From the NCBI RefSeq assembly GCF_043950725.1, contig NZ_CP170721.1, forward strand, positions 613,636 through 677,635: a DNA stretch of 64,000 nucleotides. The letters are read 5' to 3'. Below, in pieces: positions 30,897-41,829 of the stretch. Each line of letters opens with the position of its first letter. Position 1 is the first letter of the stretch. The notes beneath the pieces were generated by a model. The model had not been told where the DNA came from. It saw only the letters and a program-made list of their open reading frames with translations, and did no database searches. The DNA is from Rhodanobacter sp. FW102-FHT14D07. GTDB lineage: Bacteria > Pseudomonadota > Gammaproteobacteria > Xanthomonadales > Rhodanobacteraceae. A program made the translations under genes and the position numbers.

Positions 30897-30968
30897 ACGA
30901 CGTTGGCTCAGCGGTAGAGCGGCAGGTTCGTTCCTGCAAACGCCGGTTCGATTCCGGCACGTCGGCCA
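30897..30968 (+). pseudogene. tRNA-like sequence 1: canonical D- and T-arms, 6-nt anticodon loop, weak acceptor stem; probable tRNA pseudogene/relic
   Basis: Hand fold: D-arm GCTC-AGCGGTA-GAGC, T-arm GCCGG-TTCGATT-CCGGC. The anticodon stem GCAGG/CCTGC encloses only TTCGTT. The acceptor pairs CGACGT/ACGTCG (6 bp, position 1:72 A-G) and ends GCCA. Not verified computationally. Confidence 0.35.
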
Positions 30969-31041
30969 CTGGATAGCTCAGAGGGGTAGAGCATCGGTCT
31001 TGTAAACCGAGTGTCGCGGGTTCGACTCCCGCTCCAAACCA
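30967..31041 (+). tRNA. tRNA-Thr(UGU)-like sequence 2 with intact D-, anticodon and T-arms but a poorly paired acceptor stem and no full CCA; possibly non-functional
   Basis: U8A9, D-arm GCTC-AGAGGGGTA-GAGC, anticodon arm TCGGT-CTTGTAA-ACCGA (34-36 = TGT), T-arm GCGGG-TTCGACT-CCCGC. The 5' strand CACTGGA and the 3' strand TCCAAAC pair over only 4 bp. Its 5' end overlaps the 3' end of tRNA-like 1 by 2 nt. Confidence 0.4.
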
Positions 31042-31438
31042 TGACCTGTCACGTCATGACCAGGAACGAAAGTTCCGACCAGGAAACGCCTCGCGCGGCG
31101 CCTGGCCTGCAAGCCACGGAGGGTTTGCGGATCAGGCAAGGCGGCGGTGGCGGGGCCGGGCCCACGTCCCGACAGCGGGCAAGCGGATATCGAAGCGATT
31201 GTCTTGCAGGCATTCGCCGGAATATCCGGTTCCCCGCCAAGGCACGTCGGCTTCGCCCCATTATCGTCAGGAGGCGTTTCCGCCTTATTCGCTTTAATCG
31301 GCGCATGACGTCGATTATCCCGCGAGGGAGGGGCTTTTGCGGCCCGATTATCTGCAATGTTAATGCGTCGTACCGATCCGGCGACGCAGTCGGCTTATCC
31401 GACGGATCGAAACAAGGATTGACGGAAGGAGTATCAAC

Positions 31439-32563
31439 ATGTTCTGGATCAAGCAAATCGTGATCGGCGACGGCGAGCGCGGCTTGCTGTATCGCAACCG
31501 TCGTTTCCAGCGCGTACTGCCGCCGGGCGTGTACCACTTTGTCGACCCGTGCAAGCGTATCGCGGCCAGCGTGCACAACCTGGCCAAGCCCGAGTACACC
31601 GGCGCCGACACTGACGTGCTGATGGCGCTGATGGATGGTGCGCTGGCCGAATGCTTCGACGTGGCCGACATCGGCACGCAGCAGGTTGGCCTGGTGCTCA
31701 AGAACGGCAAGCTGGAGGACGTGCTGGCACCGGGTACGCGCAAGCTCTACTGGAAGGGCCTGGTGCCGGTCGAGGTGCAGGCGGTGTCGCTGGCGGAAAC
31801 GCTGGAAGTCGATGCGCGCGTGGCCAGCCGACTGCGCCAGCTGGGCGTGCTCGGCAAGGTCGCGGTGACGGTGGACGTGCCGACGGAGTCGGCAGGCCTG
31901 CTGTTCATCGACGGCAAGCTGGTGCGTACGCTGGCACCGGGGGCCTGGGCGTTCTGGAATTTCCAGAAGAACGTGGCGGCCGAGGTGATCGAGCTGCGCG
32001 TGCAATCGCTGGAGGTGTCGGGCCAGGAACTGCTGACCCGCGACAAGGTGAGCCTGCGGGTGAACCTGGCCGCCAGCCTGCGCGTGACCGATCCGGTCGC
32101 CGCGCGCACCAAGGTGGTCAAGTACGGCGACTACGTCTATCGCGAGCTGCAATACGGCTTGCGCAAGGCGGTGTCCGGCAAGACGCTGGACGAGCTGCTG
32201 GGCGACAAGGCTTCGCTGGACGCGGACATCTTTGCCTACGTGCGCGGCCGTGTCGTTGAGCTGGGCGTGGAAGTGCTGGGCGTGGGCGTCAAGGACGTGA
32301 TCCTGCCGGGCGAGATGAAGGACATCCTGAACAGCGTGGTGCAGGCGGAGAAGGCGGCCCAGGCCAACGTGATCCGCCGGCGCGAGGAGTCGAACGCCAC
32401 CCGTTCGCTGCTCAACACCGCGCGGCTGATCGAGGAGAGCCCGGTGCTGATGCGTCTGAAGGAGCTGGAGGCTCTGGAGAAGGTCACCGAGAAGATCGAC
32501 AAGCTCACCGTGTTCGGCGGCCTGGACGGCGTGCTGAACCAGTTGGTGAGCCTCAAGCAGTAA
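31439..32563 (+). CDS. SPFH/Band-7 (stomatin/HflKC-like) domain protein with an unusual N-terminal region that triplicates the SPFH entry beta-hairpin motif
   Basis: The C-terminal half (VSLRVNLAASLRVTDPVAARTKVVKYGDYVYRELQYGLRKAVSGKTLDELLGDKASLDADIF...VKDVILPGEMKDILNSVVQAEKAAQANVIRRREESNATRSL) is a classical SPFH fold. The N-terminal 190 aa carry three repeats of the pattern GLL/LVL...G+...LxPG...(F/Y)W (ERGLLYRNRRFQRVLPPGVYHF; QVGLVLKNGKLEDVLAPGTRKLYW; SAGLLFIDGKLVRTLAPGAWAFW). No clear transmembrane helix. Confidence 0.8.
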   Translation: MFWIKQIVIGDGERGLLYRNRRFQRVLPPGVYHFVDPCKRIAASVHNLAKPEYTGADTDVLMALMDGALAECFDVADIGTQQVGLVLKNGKLEDVLAPGTRKLYWKGLVPVEVQAVSLAETLEVDARVASRLRQLGVLGKVAVTVDVPTESAGLLFIDGKLVRTLAPGAWAFWNFQKNVAAEVIELRVQSLEVSGQELLTRDKVSLRVNLAASLRVTDPVAARTKVVKYGDYVYRELQYGLRKAVSGKTLDELLGDKASLDADIFAYVRGRVVELGVEVLGVGVKDVILPGEMKDILNSVVQAEKAAQANVIRRREESNATRSLLNTARLIEESPVLMRLKELEALEKVTEKIDKLTVFGGLDGVLNQLVSLKQ

Positions 32564-32617
32564 CCTCGCGGCGATCGCACGGAAGCGCTCGCCGCGATCC
32601 ATTCAAGGAAAGAAGAG

Positions 32618-33838
32618 ATGAGCAACCAACAGTACGAGTTTCTGCATGCCGAAGGCAGCGCCACGCCGATCAAGGGCTGGGTGCATGGCGTGCCGCTGGA
32701 AGATGCCGCGAGGCAGCAGCTGCGCAACATCGCCATGCTGCCGTTTGTCGGCCCGTGGGTCGCGGTGATGCCCGACGTGCACCTGGGCAAGGGCGCGACG
32801 GTCGGTTCAGTCGTGCCCACGCGGGGCGCGGTCATCCCGGCTGCGGTCGGCGTGGACATCGGCTGCGGCATGGCCGCGGTACGCACCACGCTGCGCGCCA
32901 GCGACCTGCCGGACAACCTGGCCCCGCTGCGTTCCAGCATCGAGCGCGGCGTGCCGGTCGGCAACGGCCGTGGTGGCGACCATCACAAGCTGCCGGACAG
33001 CATTGAGACGCAACTGGCGCAATCCGGGCTGGTCGCGCGGCTGGAAGCAATCAAGGCGAAGCATCGCAAGATCCGCACCGACAAGCTGGACCGGCAGATC
33101 GGCACGCTGGGCGGTGGTAACCACTTCATCGAGGTCTGCCTCGACGAATCGGACGCCGTGTGGGTGATGTTGCACTCGGGTTCGCGCGGCACCGGCAACC
33201 TGATTGGCAGCTACTTCATCGAGCGGGCGCGCGAGGAGCTGGCGCAGCGCGTGCTGGGTTTCGACCTGCTGGACAGAGACCTGGCCTTCTTCATGGAAGG
33301 CGAAGCATTGTTCGATGACTACGTGGAAGCGGTGTCCTGGGCGCAGGACTACGCCCAGGCCAACCGCGAGGCGATGATGGCGCGGGTGTTGGCCGAGATG
33401 CGCCACCGGCTGCCGAAGTTCCAGTTGGAAAAGCTGGCGGTGAACTGCCACCACAACTACGTGCAGAAGGAAACGCACGGTGGCGAGGACTTGCTGGTGA
33501 CCCGCAAGGGTGCGGTGAGCGCGCGGGTCGGCGAGCTGGGCATCATCCCGGGCAGCATGGGTACGTGCAGCTACATCGTGCGTGGCAAGGGCAATCCGGA
33601 AAGTTTCCACAGCTGCAGCCACGGCGCGGGCCGGGTGATGAGCCGTACCGCGGCGCGCCAGCGGATCACGCTGGCGCAGCATCGGGAGGCCACCGCCCAT
33701 GTCGAATGCCGCAAGGACGCGGCGGTGATCGACGAATCGCCGGCGGCGTACAAGTCGATCGACGCGGTTATGGCGGCGCAGTCCGACCTGGTCGACGTGG
33801 TGCACACGCTGCGCCAGGTGCTGTGCGTGAAGGGATGA
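32618..33838 (+). CDS. rtcB: RtcB-family 3'-phosphate/5'-hydroxyl RNA ligase
   Basis: 406 aa with the full set of RtcB signatures: GGGNHFIEV, HSGSRGTG, CHHNY, SCSHGAGRVMSR. It lies 55 nt downstream of the SPFH gene on the same strand. No rtcA, rtcR or archease gene is present in the window. Confidence 0.9.
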   Translation: MSNQQYEFLHAEGSATPIKGWVHGVPLEDAARQQLRNIAMLPFVGPWVAVMPDVHLGKGATVGSVVPTRGAVIPAAVGVDIGCGMAAVRTTLRASDLPDNLAPLRSSIERGVPVGNGRGGDHHKLPDSIETQLAQSGLVARLEAIKAKHRKIRTDKLDRQIGTLGGGNHFIEVCLDESDAVWVMLHSGSRGTGNLIGSYFIERAREELAQRVLGFDLLDRDLAFFMEGEALFDDYVEAVSWAQDYAQANREAMMARVLAEMRHRLPKFQLEKLAVNCHHNYVQKETHGGEDLLVTRKGAVSARVGELGIIPGSMGTCSYIVRGKGNPESFHSCSHGAGRVMSRTAARQRITLAQHREATAHVECRKDAAVIDESPAAYKSIDAVMAAQSDLVDVVHTLRQVLCVKG

Positions 33839-33919
33839 AGCCGGCGCCGCTCCGCGAGGGGCGGCGTCTTTTCGCGCGTGCCCCGGCGCGCCGGCTGCGG
33901 GATAATGTCCCGTTTTCCG

Positions 33920-36235
<2,316 letters not shown>

Positions 36236-36338
36236 CTCCAAGGGTGACGCTGACCCCTCCTGCAAGGCATAATCGAGAATCTTTTATCGGGCGTTCGGCG
36301 GAAATCGCTGCTGGCGCCACAACTTGCGAGACGCGAAG

Positions 36339-36665
36339 ATGAGTTTTCCGCTTTCCCCCGTGATTGCCCAAGCCACGCCGCAGCAGGGCGGCGGCATGTC
36401 CATGATCATCATGATGGTGGTGCTGTTCGGCCTGATGTATTTCATGATGATCCGGCCGCAGATGAAGCGGCAGAAGGAGCACCGCGCCCTGATCGCCGCG
36501 CTGGCCAAGGGCGACGAAGTGGTCACCAACGGCGGCCTGGCCGGGCGCGTGGAAGAAGTGGGCGACACCTTCGTCACGGTCGAGATCGCGCCGAACGTGA
36601 AGGTGAAGCTGCAGAAGGGTGCCGTGCAGCAGGTGCTGCCCAAGGGCTCGCTGAAGTCTGCATGA
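36339..36665 (+). CDS. yajC: Preprotein translocase subunit YajC
   Basis: MSFPLSPVIAQATPQQGGGMSMIIMMVVLFGLMYFMMIRPQMKRQKEHRALIAALAKGDEVVTNGGLAGRVEEV matches YajC. Confidence 0.9.
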   Translation: MSFPLSPVIAQATPQQGGGMSMIIMMVVLFGLMYFMMIRPQMKRQKEHRALIAALAKGDEVVTNGGLAGRVEEVGDTFVTVEIAPNVKVKLQKGAVQQVLPKGSLKSA

Positions 36666-36703
36666 GTCGCGGGATGTCCGGACGCGGGACTTTCTCCAAT
36701 AGT

Positions 36704-36721
36704 GCGGCCATGGATGGCCGC
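36704..36721 (+). repeat. Member 1 of a conserved GCGGCC-N4-6-GGCCGC hairpin family in the yajC-secD-secF operon spacers
   Basis: AGTGCGGCCA-TGGA-TGGCCGCTTG in the yajC-secD spacer. Related copies are at 38666-38683 (GCGGCC-CCGGAC-GGCCGC) and 38717-38733 (GCGGCC-ATGAG-GGCCGC), both in the secD-secF spacer, each with an AGTGCGGCC...GGCCGCTT context. Confidence 0.55.
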
Positions 36722-36764
36722 TTGTTGACGTTCGCGATCATGGATGATCGCAAAGGACCGGATC

Positions 36765-38648
36765 ATGACTGATTTTCCCCGCTGGAAATACGCGCTGGTC
36801 GCGCTGGTGATGGTGTTCGGCGTGATCTACGCGCTGCCGAACGCCTTTGTTCCCGTGCCCGCCGTTCAGGTGAGCGCCAATCGCGGTGCGCCGGCAATCG
36901 ACCAGGCCGTACGCCAGAAGGTCATCGACACGCTGACCCAGAAGCGCATCGCCTTCGGCGAGGTCGTGGTGGAAGGCGACAGCCTGCTTGCCACCTTCGC
37001 CGACACCGACGTGCAGAAGAGCGGCTCGGACGCGATCAAGGCGCTGCTCGGCGACAAGTACACGGTGGCGTTCAAGCTGCAGTCCACCGTGCCGGAGTGG
37101 CTGGGCATGATCGGTGCCCGTTCCATGCCGCTGGGCCTGGACCTGCAGGGCGGCGTGCACTTCCTGATGCAGGTCGACCAGAACGACGTCATCGACAAGC
37201 AGGAGAGCAGCTACGCCGACGACATCCGCAGCCTGCTGCGCGACAAGAAGATCCGCTATGAATCGGTGGCGCGCAATTCCGTGCGCGGCAAGGGCGTCGC
37301 CGTGGTGTTGCGCTCGGAGGACGACCGCGCCAAGGCCGCAGACGCGATCGCCAACGAGTACACCGACTTGCTGGTGTCCAACGGTCCCAGCACCGGCGAC
37401 CGTTTCGTGCTCAATGCGGTGATCAAGCCCGACAAGCTGCGCGACATCGGCCGCGGCGCGATCACCCAGAACCTGCAGACGCTGCGCAACCGCATCAACG
37501 CGCTGGGCGTGTCCGAGCCGCTGATCCAGCAGCAGGGCGAGAACCACATCGTGGTCGACCTCGCCGGCGTGCAGGACCCGGCCGAGGCGAAGAAGCTGAT
37601 CGGCACCGTGGCCACCCTGGAATACCGCCCCGGCATCGGCCACCCCGGCGATCCGCAGGCGCGCGAGGCGGAGAAGACCGGCAACATCCCGCCGGACGCC
37701 AACCTCTACCACATGCGCGGCACCGGCCTGCCGGTGCTGGTCAGCAAGAAGGTGATCGTGACCGGCAAGGAGCTGGTCGACGCCTCCTCGGGCATCGACC
37801 AGCAGAGCGGCACGCCCAAGGTCGACGTCACGCTCAATGCCGCCGGCGCGCGCAAGATGAGCGATTTCACCAACGCGAACGTCGGCAAGCCGATGGCGGT
37901 GGTCTACGTCGAGCGCGTGACCGAGACCAAGATGATCGACGGCAAGGAAGTGCGCGTTCCGAAGGTCACCGAGTCGGTGATCAACGACGCCAACATCGCC
38001 AGCCCGTTCGGCCGGCAATTCCAGACCACCGGCCTGGGCAGCCCGAAGGAAGCATCCGACCTGGCGCTGCTGCTCAAGGGTGGCGCGTTCGCTGCTCCGG
38101 TGGACATCATCGAGGAAGGCGTGATCGGTTCCAGCATGGGTGCGGACAACATCGACAAGGGCTTCAAGTCGGTGATGCTGGGCCTGGCCCTGGTGCTGCT
38201 GGCCGCCGCGGTCTACTACAAGCTGTTCGGCCTGGTCGCGGACATCGCGCTGTTCTTCAACCTGGTGATCCTGGTGGCGGTGATGTCGCTGATCGGGGTG
38301 ACCCTGACCATGCCCGGCATCGCCGGCATCGTGCTCACCCTGGGCATGGCGATCGACGCCAACGTGCTGATCTGCGAACGCGTGCGCGAGGAGCTGCGCA
38401 ACGGCTCCACGCCGCACGCGGCGATCTACGCCGGCTACGAGAAGGCCTGGTCGACCATTCTGGACGCCAACGTCACCCACCTGATCGCGGCGCTGGCGCT
38501 GACCACGATGGGCACCGGCGCGATCAAGGGCTTCGGCGTCACGCTGATGATCGGCATCCTGACCTCGCTGTTCACCTCGGTGACGCTGACCCATGCGTTC
38601 ACTGCGGCGATCCACGGCCACCGCAAGCTCAAGACCCTGTCGGTCTAG
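36765..38648 (+). CDS. secD: Protein translocase subunit SecD
   Basis: MTDFPRWKYALVALVMVFGVIYALPN... is followed by a large periplasmic domain and a C-terminal six-transmembrane region (GVTLTMPGIAGIVLTLGMAIDANVLI). Confidence 0.93.
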   Translation: MTDFPRWKYALVALVMVFGVIYALPNAFVPVPAVQVSANRGAPAIDQAVRQKVIDTLTQKRIAFGEVVVEGDSLLATFADTDVQKSGSDAIKALLGDKYTVAFKLQSTVPEWLGMIGARSMPLGLDLQGGVHFLMQVDQNDVIDKQESSYADDIRSLLRDKKIRYESVARNSVRGKGVAVVLRSEDDRAKAADAIANEYTDLLVSNGPSTGDRFVLNAVIKPDKLRDIGRGAITQNLQTLRNRINALGVSEPLIQQQGENHIVVDLAGVQDPAEAKKLIGTVATLEYRPGIGHPGDPQAREAEKTGNIPPDANLYHMRGTGLPVLVSKKVIVTGKELVDASSGIDQQSGTPKVDVTLNAAGARKMSDFTNANVGKPMAVVYVERVTETKMIDGKEVRVPKVTESVINDANIASPFGRQFQTTGLGSPKEASDLALLLKGGAFAAPVDIIEEGVIGSSMGADNIDKGFKSVMLGLALVLLAAAVYYKLFGLVADIALFFNLVILVAVMSLIGVTLTMPGIAGIVLTLGMAIDANVLICERVREELRNGSTPHAAIYAGYEKAWSTILDANVTHLIAALALTTMGTGAIKGFGVTLMIGILTSLFTSVTLTHAFTAAIHGHRKLKTLSV

Positions 38649-38768
38649 GCGTCGCGTCGAACAGTGCGGCCCCGGACGGCCGCTTTCGCCGGAAAGGGAT
38701 TCCCTGAATTGATCGTGCGGCCATGAGGGCCGCTTGACCGGAACGGAACGTCCACACAGAGAATTGCC

Positions 38769-39731
38769 ATGGAAATCTTCAATCACGACAGCAACATCCA
38801 CTTCCTGGGGATGCGCAAGTACACGGTCGGCCTGGCGATCCTGCTGATGATCGGCTCGATCGTGCTGATCGCCACCCGCGGGCTCAACTACGGGCTGGAT
38901 TTCACCGGCGGCGTGTCGATGCTGGTCAACTACGACCAGCCGGTGGAGATCGCCGACGTGCGCGGCGCGCTGGCCAAGGGCGGCTTCGAGGACGCCGTGG
39001 TGCAGAGCCTGGGCGGCACCCGCGAGGTGTCGATCCGGTTCCAGGCCAAGGATGATCCGGAGGCGATCCTGGCCAACGGCACGGTCAACCTCGACCGTGT
39101 TTCCGCCGACGTGATGGCGAAGCTCCATGCGGCGCGACCGGACGCCAAGCTGAAGAGCCGCGACTTCGTCAGCGCGCAGGTCGGCGCGGAGCTGAAATCG
39201 GACGGTACCTGGGCGGCCTTGCTGGTGATCCTGGGCATCATGGCCTACCTGTGGATCCGCTTCGAGCGCCGCTTCGCGATCGCCGCGGTGGCGACCGAAA
39301 TCCACGACACGCTGGTCACGCTGGGCGTCATCGCGCTGGTGCAGCGCGAATTCGACATGACCGTGCTGGCCTCGGTGCTGGCGGTGATCGGCTACTCGAT
39401 CAACGACAAGGTCGTGGTGTTCGACCGCATCCGCGAGTTGTTCCGCCTCGCGCGCAAGGCCGAGCCGGAGGAGATCCTCAACCGCTCGATCAACAACACC
39501 CTGTCGCGAACCATCATCACCTCGCTGTTCACCGGCATCACCATGGGCGCGATGTGGCTGCTGGGCGGCCCGGCCGTGCACGGCTTCGCCATCACCATGC
39601 TGATCGGCATCGTGGTCGGCACGCTGTCCTCGATCTTCGTGGCCAGCCCGATCCTGCTGTGGCTGGGCGTGTCGAAGAAGGACCTGATGCCGGTCACCCG
39701 CGACAACCCGGAGCTGGCGCGCCGCCCCTGA
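38769..39731 (+). CDS. secF: Protein translocase subunit SecF
   Basis: MEIFNHDSNIHFLGMRKYTVGLAILLMIGSIVLIATRGLNYGLDFTGG...INDKVVVFDRIRE is canonical SecF. Confidence 0.93.
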   Translation: MEIFNHDSNIHFLGMRKYTVGLAILLMIGSIVLIATRGLNYGLDFTGGVSMLVNYDQPVEIADVRGALAKGGFEDAVVQSLGGTREVSIRFQAKDDPEAILANGTVNLDRVSADVMAKLHAARPDAKLKSRDFVSAQVGAELKSDGTWAALLVILGIMAYLWIRFERRFAIAAVATEIHDTLVTLGVIALVQREFDMTVLASVLAVIGYSINDKVVVFDRIRELFRLARKAEPEEILNRSINNTLSRTIITSLFTGITMGAMWLLGGPAVHGFAITMLIGIVVGTLSSIFVASPILLWLGVSKKDLMPVTRDNPELARRP

Positions 39732-39758
39732 CCGACCGCGCGGCACGAACCAGACGAG

Positions 39759-39790
39759 AGGCCCGGCCATGCCCGGGCCTTTCCTTTTTC
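39759..39790 (+). terminator. Rho-independent terminator of the yajC-secDF operon
   Basis: AGGCCCGG-CCATG-CCCGGGCCT followed by TTCCTTTTTC. Confidence 0.65.
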
Positions 39791-39895
39791 GGGATACCCG
39801 CCGTTCGCGACGCCGGCGGCCTTGCGGCAAATCCGGGCTACATCTTTCCCGCGGCGGGCCGATAACTCGTTGTCGAACCGCGCGCTGGAACCTGC

Positions 39896-40765
39896 ATGCT
39901 TGTCCTGGTCGGAACCCTGGTTGTGCTCGTCAGCGTCGTGGGCGGCTACCTGCTGTCCCACGGGCAGCTGCTGGCGTTGTGGCAGCCCTACGAACTGCTG
40001 ATCATCGGCGGCGGCGCTGCGGGGGCCTACCTGACCGCCAATCCGACCAAGATCGTCAAGGCCACCTTCCGCGACATCATGGGGCTGCTGAAAGGCCCGA
40101 AGTACCGGACACAGGATTATCTCGACCTGCTTTCGCTGCTCTACGACATCTTCAGCCTGATGCGCAAGAACGGCCTGCTCAGCCTCGAATCGCACATCGA
40201 GGAGCCGGCCACCAGCAGCGTGTTCTCGGCCTATCCGCGCCTGCTCGCCGAGCACCACCTGATCGAGTTCATCACCGACTGCCTGCGCCTGATCGTGGGC
40301 GGCAGCATGAACCCGCACGAGCTGGAACAGCTCCTGGAGATGGAGCTGGAAGTCCACCACCAGGAAGCCGAGGCGCCGGCGATGGCCCTGATGAAATCCG
40401 CCGACGCGCTGCCCGGTTTCGGCATCGTGGCGGCGGTGCTCGGCATCGTCACCACGATGTCGCAGCTGAGCGGAGATACCTCGCGCATCGGCGAGCACAT
40501 CGCCGGCGCGCTGGTCGGCACCTTTCTCGGCATCCTGCTGTGCTATGGCTTCGCCGGGCCGCTGGCCTCGGCGATGGAGAACCGCGCGCAGGAGGACGGC
40601 AAGGCGTTTGAATGCGTGAAAGTCGCGCTGATGGCCAACCTGCGCGGCTACAACCCGATGGTGTCGGTGGAGTTCGCGCGCAAATCGCTGGTCGCGCAGG
40701 TGCGGCCCAGCTTCATGGAGCTGGAGGGGCATCTCAAGGGCGCGCGCGTCGGAGCCGGGGCGTGA
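39896..40765 (+). CDS. motA: MotA/TolQ/ExbB-family flagellar stator proton-channel protein (MotA-like)
   Basis: 289 aa. The N-terminal transmembrane pair, a long cytoplasmic loop and C-terminal transmembrane helices (GFGIVAAVLGIVTTMSQL...GALVGTFLGILLCYGFAGPLA) follow the MotA/PomA pattern. Confidence 0.8.
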   Translation: MLVLVGTLVVLVSVVGGYLLSHGQLLALWQPYELLIIGGGAAGAYLTANPTKIVKATFRDIMGLLKGPKYRTQDYLDLLSLLYDIFSLMRKNGLLSLESHIEEPATSSVFSAYPRLLAEHHLIEFITDCLRLIVGGSMNPHELEQLLEMELEVHHQEAEAPAMALMKSADALPGFGIVAAVLGIVTTMSQLSGDTSRIGEHIAGALVGTFLGILLCYGFAGPLASAMENRAQEDGKAFECVKVALMANLRGYNPMVSVEFARKSLVAQVRPSFMELEGHLKGARVGAGA

Positions 40766-41829
40766 GCGAGGAGTTCGACCAGCCGATCATCATCCGGCGC
40801 GTGCAGCGCCGGAAGCACGGCCATCACGGCGGTGCGTGGAAGGTGGCCTATGCGGATTTCGTCACCGCGATGATGGCGTTCTTCCTGGTGATGTGGCTGA
40901 TCGGCGTGGGCACCCGCGAGCAGAAGGCCGCGATCTCCGAGTACTTCAAGAACCCGAGCATGACTCCGGGCGCCGCCACGATCGCGCCGCCTGGCCAGGC
41001 CGGCCCCGGCGGCGCCAGCGACAGCATGATCAAGCTTGGCGGGACGATGGACCTGCCGCGCGGCCCGGGCGCGGAAAAGCGCGGTGCGCCGCAGGTCAAG
41101 CACAACGTCGAGGACGCGATCAAACTGGCGCGCCAGGCCGACAAGTCGCGTCTGGAGGAGCTGATGAAGCGGCTGAATGCCTCGATCCAGAGCAGCCAGG
41201 CGCTGGCGCCATTCAAGGATCAGCTGCTGCTGGACATCACCTCCGAAGGCCTGCGCATCCAGATCGTCGACAAGCTCAACCGGCCGATGTTCGACACCGG
41301 CAGCGCGCGGCTCAAGCCGTACACGGTGCAGATCCTGCGCGAACTGGGCCGCTCGATCGACGACGTGCCGAACCAGATCAGCATCTCCGGCCACACCGAC
41401 GATGCGCCGTACAACAGCGGGCACGACTACAGCAACTGGGAGTTGTCGGCCGATCGCGGCAACGCCGCCCGTCGTGCGCTGATCGCCGGCGGACTCGAGG
41501 CGGACAAGATCTCGCGCGTGGTGGGCCTGGCCGCATCCGTGCCGTTCGACAAGCAGAACCCCGCCGATCCGGTCAATCGCCGCATCAGCATCATCGTGAT
41601 GACCGACCAGGCCGCCAAGGCGGCGCGTTCGATGGAAGTGGCCGATGGCGGTGCGACGCAGCCTTCGCCGATGCCGACTCCAAAACCGGCACCACTGGCC
41701 GCTTCGATTGTCGCCACGACGCCCGCGCTGGCGCGTCTGCCGGTGCCGCCGGTGATCGTCCACCCCGAGAGCGCGGCGACGCCGGGAACGGGCGCGACTC
41801 AGTTCTCGGCGAAACCCTCGTCGCGCTGA
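40762..41829 (+). CDS. motB: MotB-like stator protein with OmpA-type peptidoglycan-binding domain and Pro/Ala-rich C-terminal tail
   Basis: GTG start overlapping the motA stop (GTGA). AWKVAYADFVTAMMAFFLVMWLI is a single transmembrane helix with the plug region. The OmpA-like motif ISISGHTDDAPYNSGHDYSNWELSADRGNAARRAL is present. Confidence 0.8.
   Translation: MSEEFDQPIIIRRVQRRKHGHHGGAWKVAYADFVTAMMAFFLVMWLIGVGTREQKAAISEYFKNPSMTPGAATIAPPGQAGPGGASDSMIKLGGTMDLPRGPGAEKRGAPQVKHNVEDAIKLARQADKSRLEELMKRLNASIQSSQALAPFKDQLLLDITSEGLRIQIVDKLNRPMFDTGSARLKPYTVQILRELGRSIDDVPNQISISGHTDDAPYNSGHDYSNWELSADRGNAARRALIAGGLEADKISRVVGLAASVPFDKQNPADPVNRRISIIVMTDQAAKAARSMEVADGGATQPSPMPTPKPAPLAASIVATTPALARLPVPPVIVHPESAATPGTGATQFSAKPSSR

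Noticed and set aside
36738-39830. 1030-aa minus-strand ORF
   Set aside because: Antisense to yajC-secD-secF.
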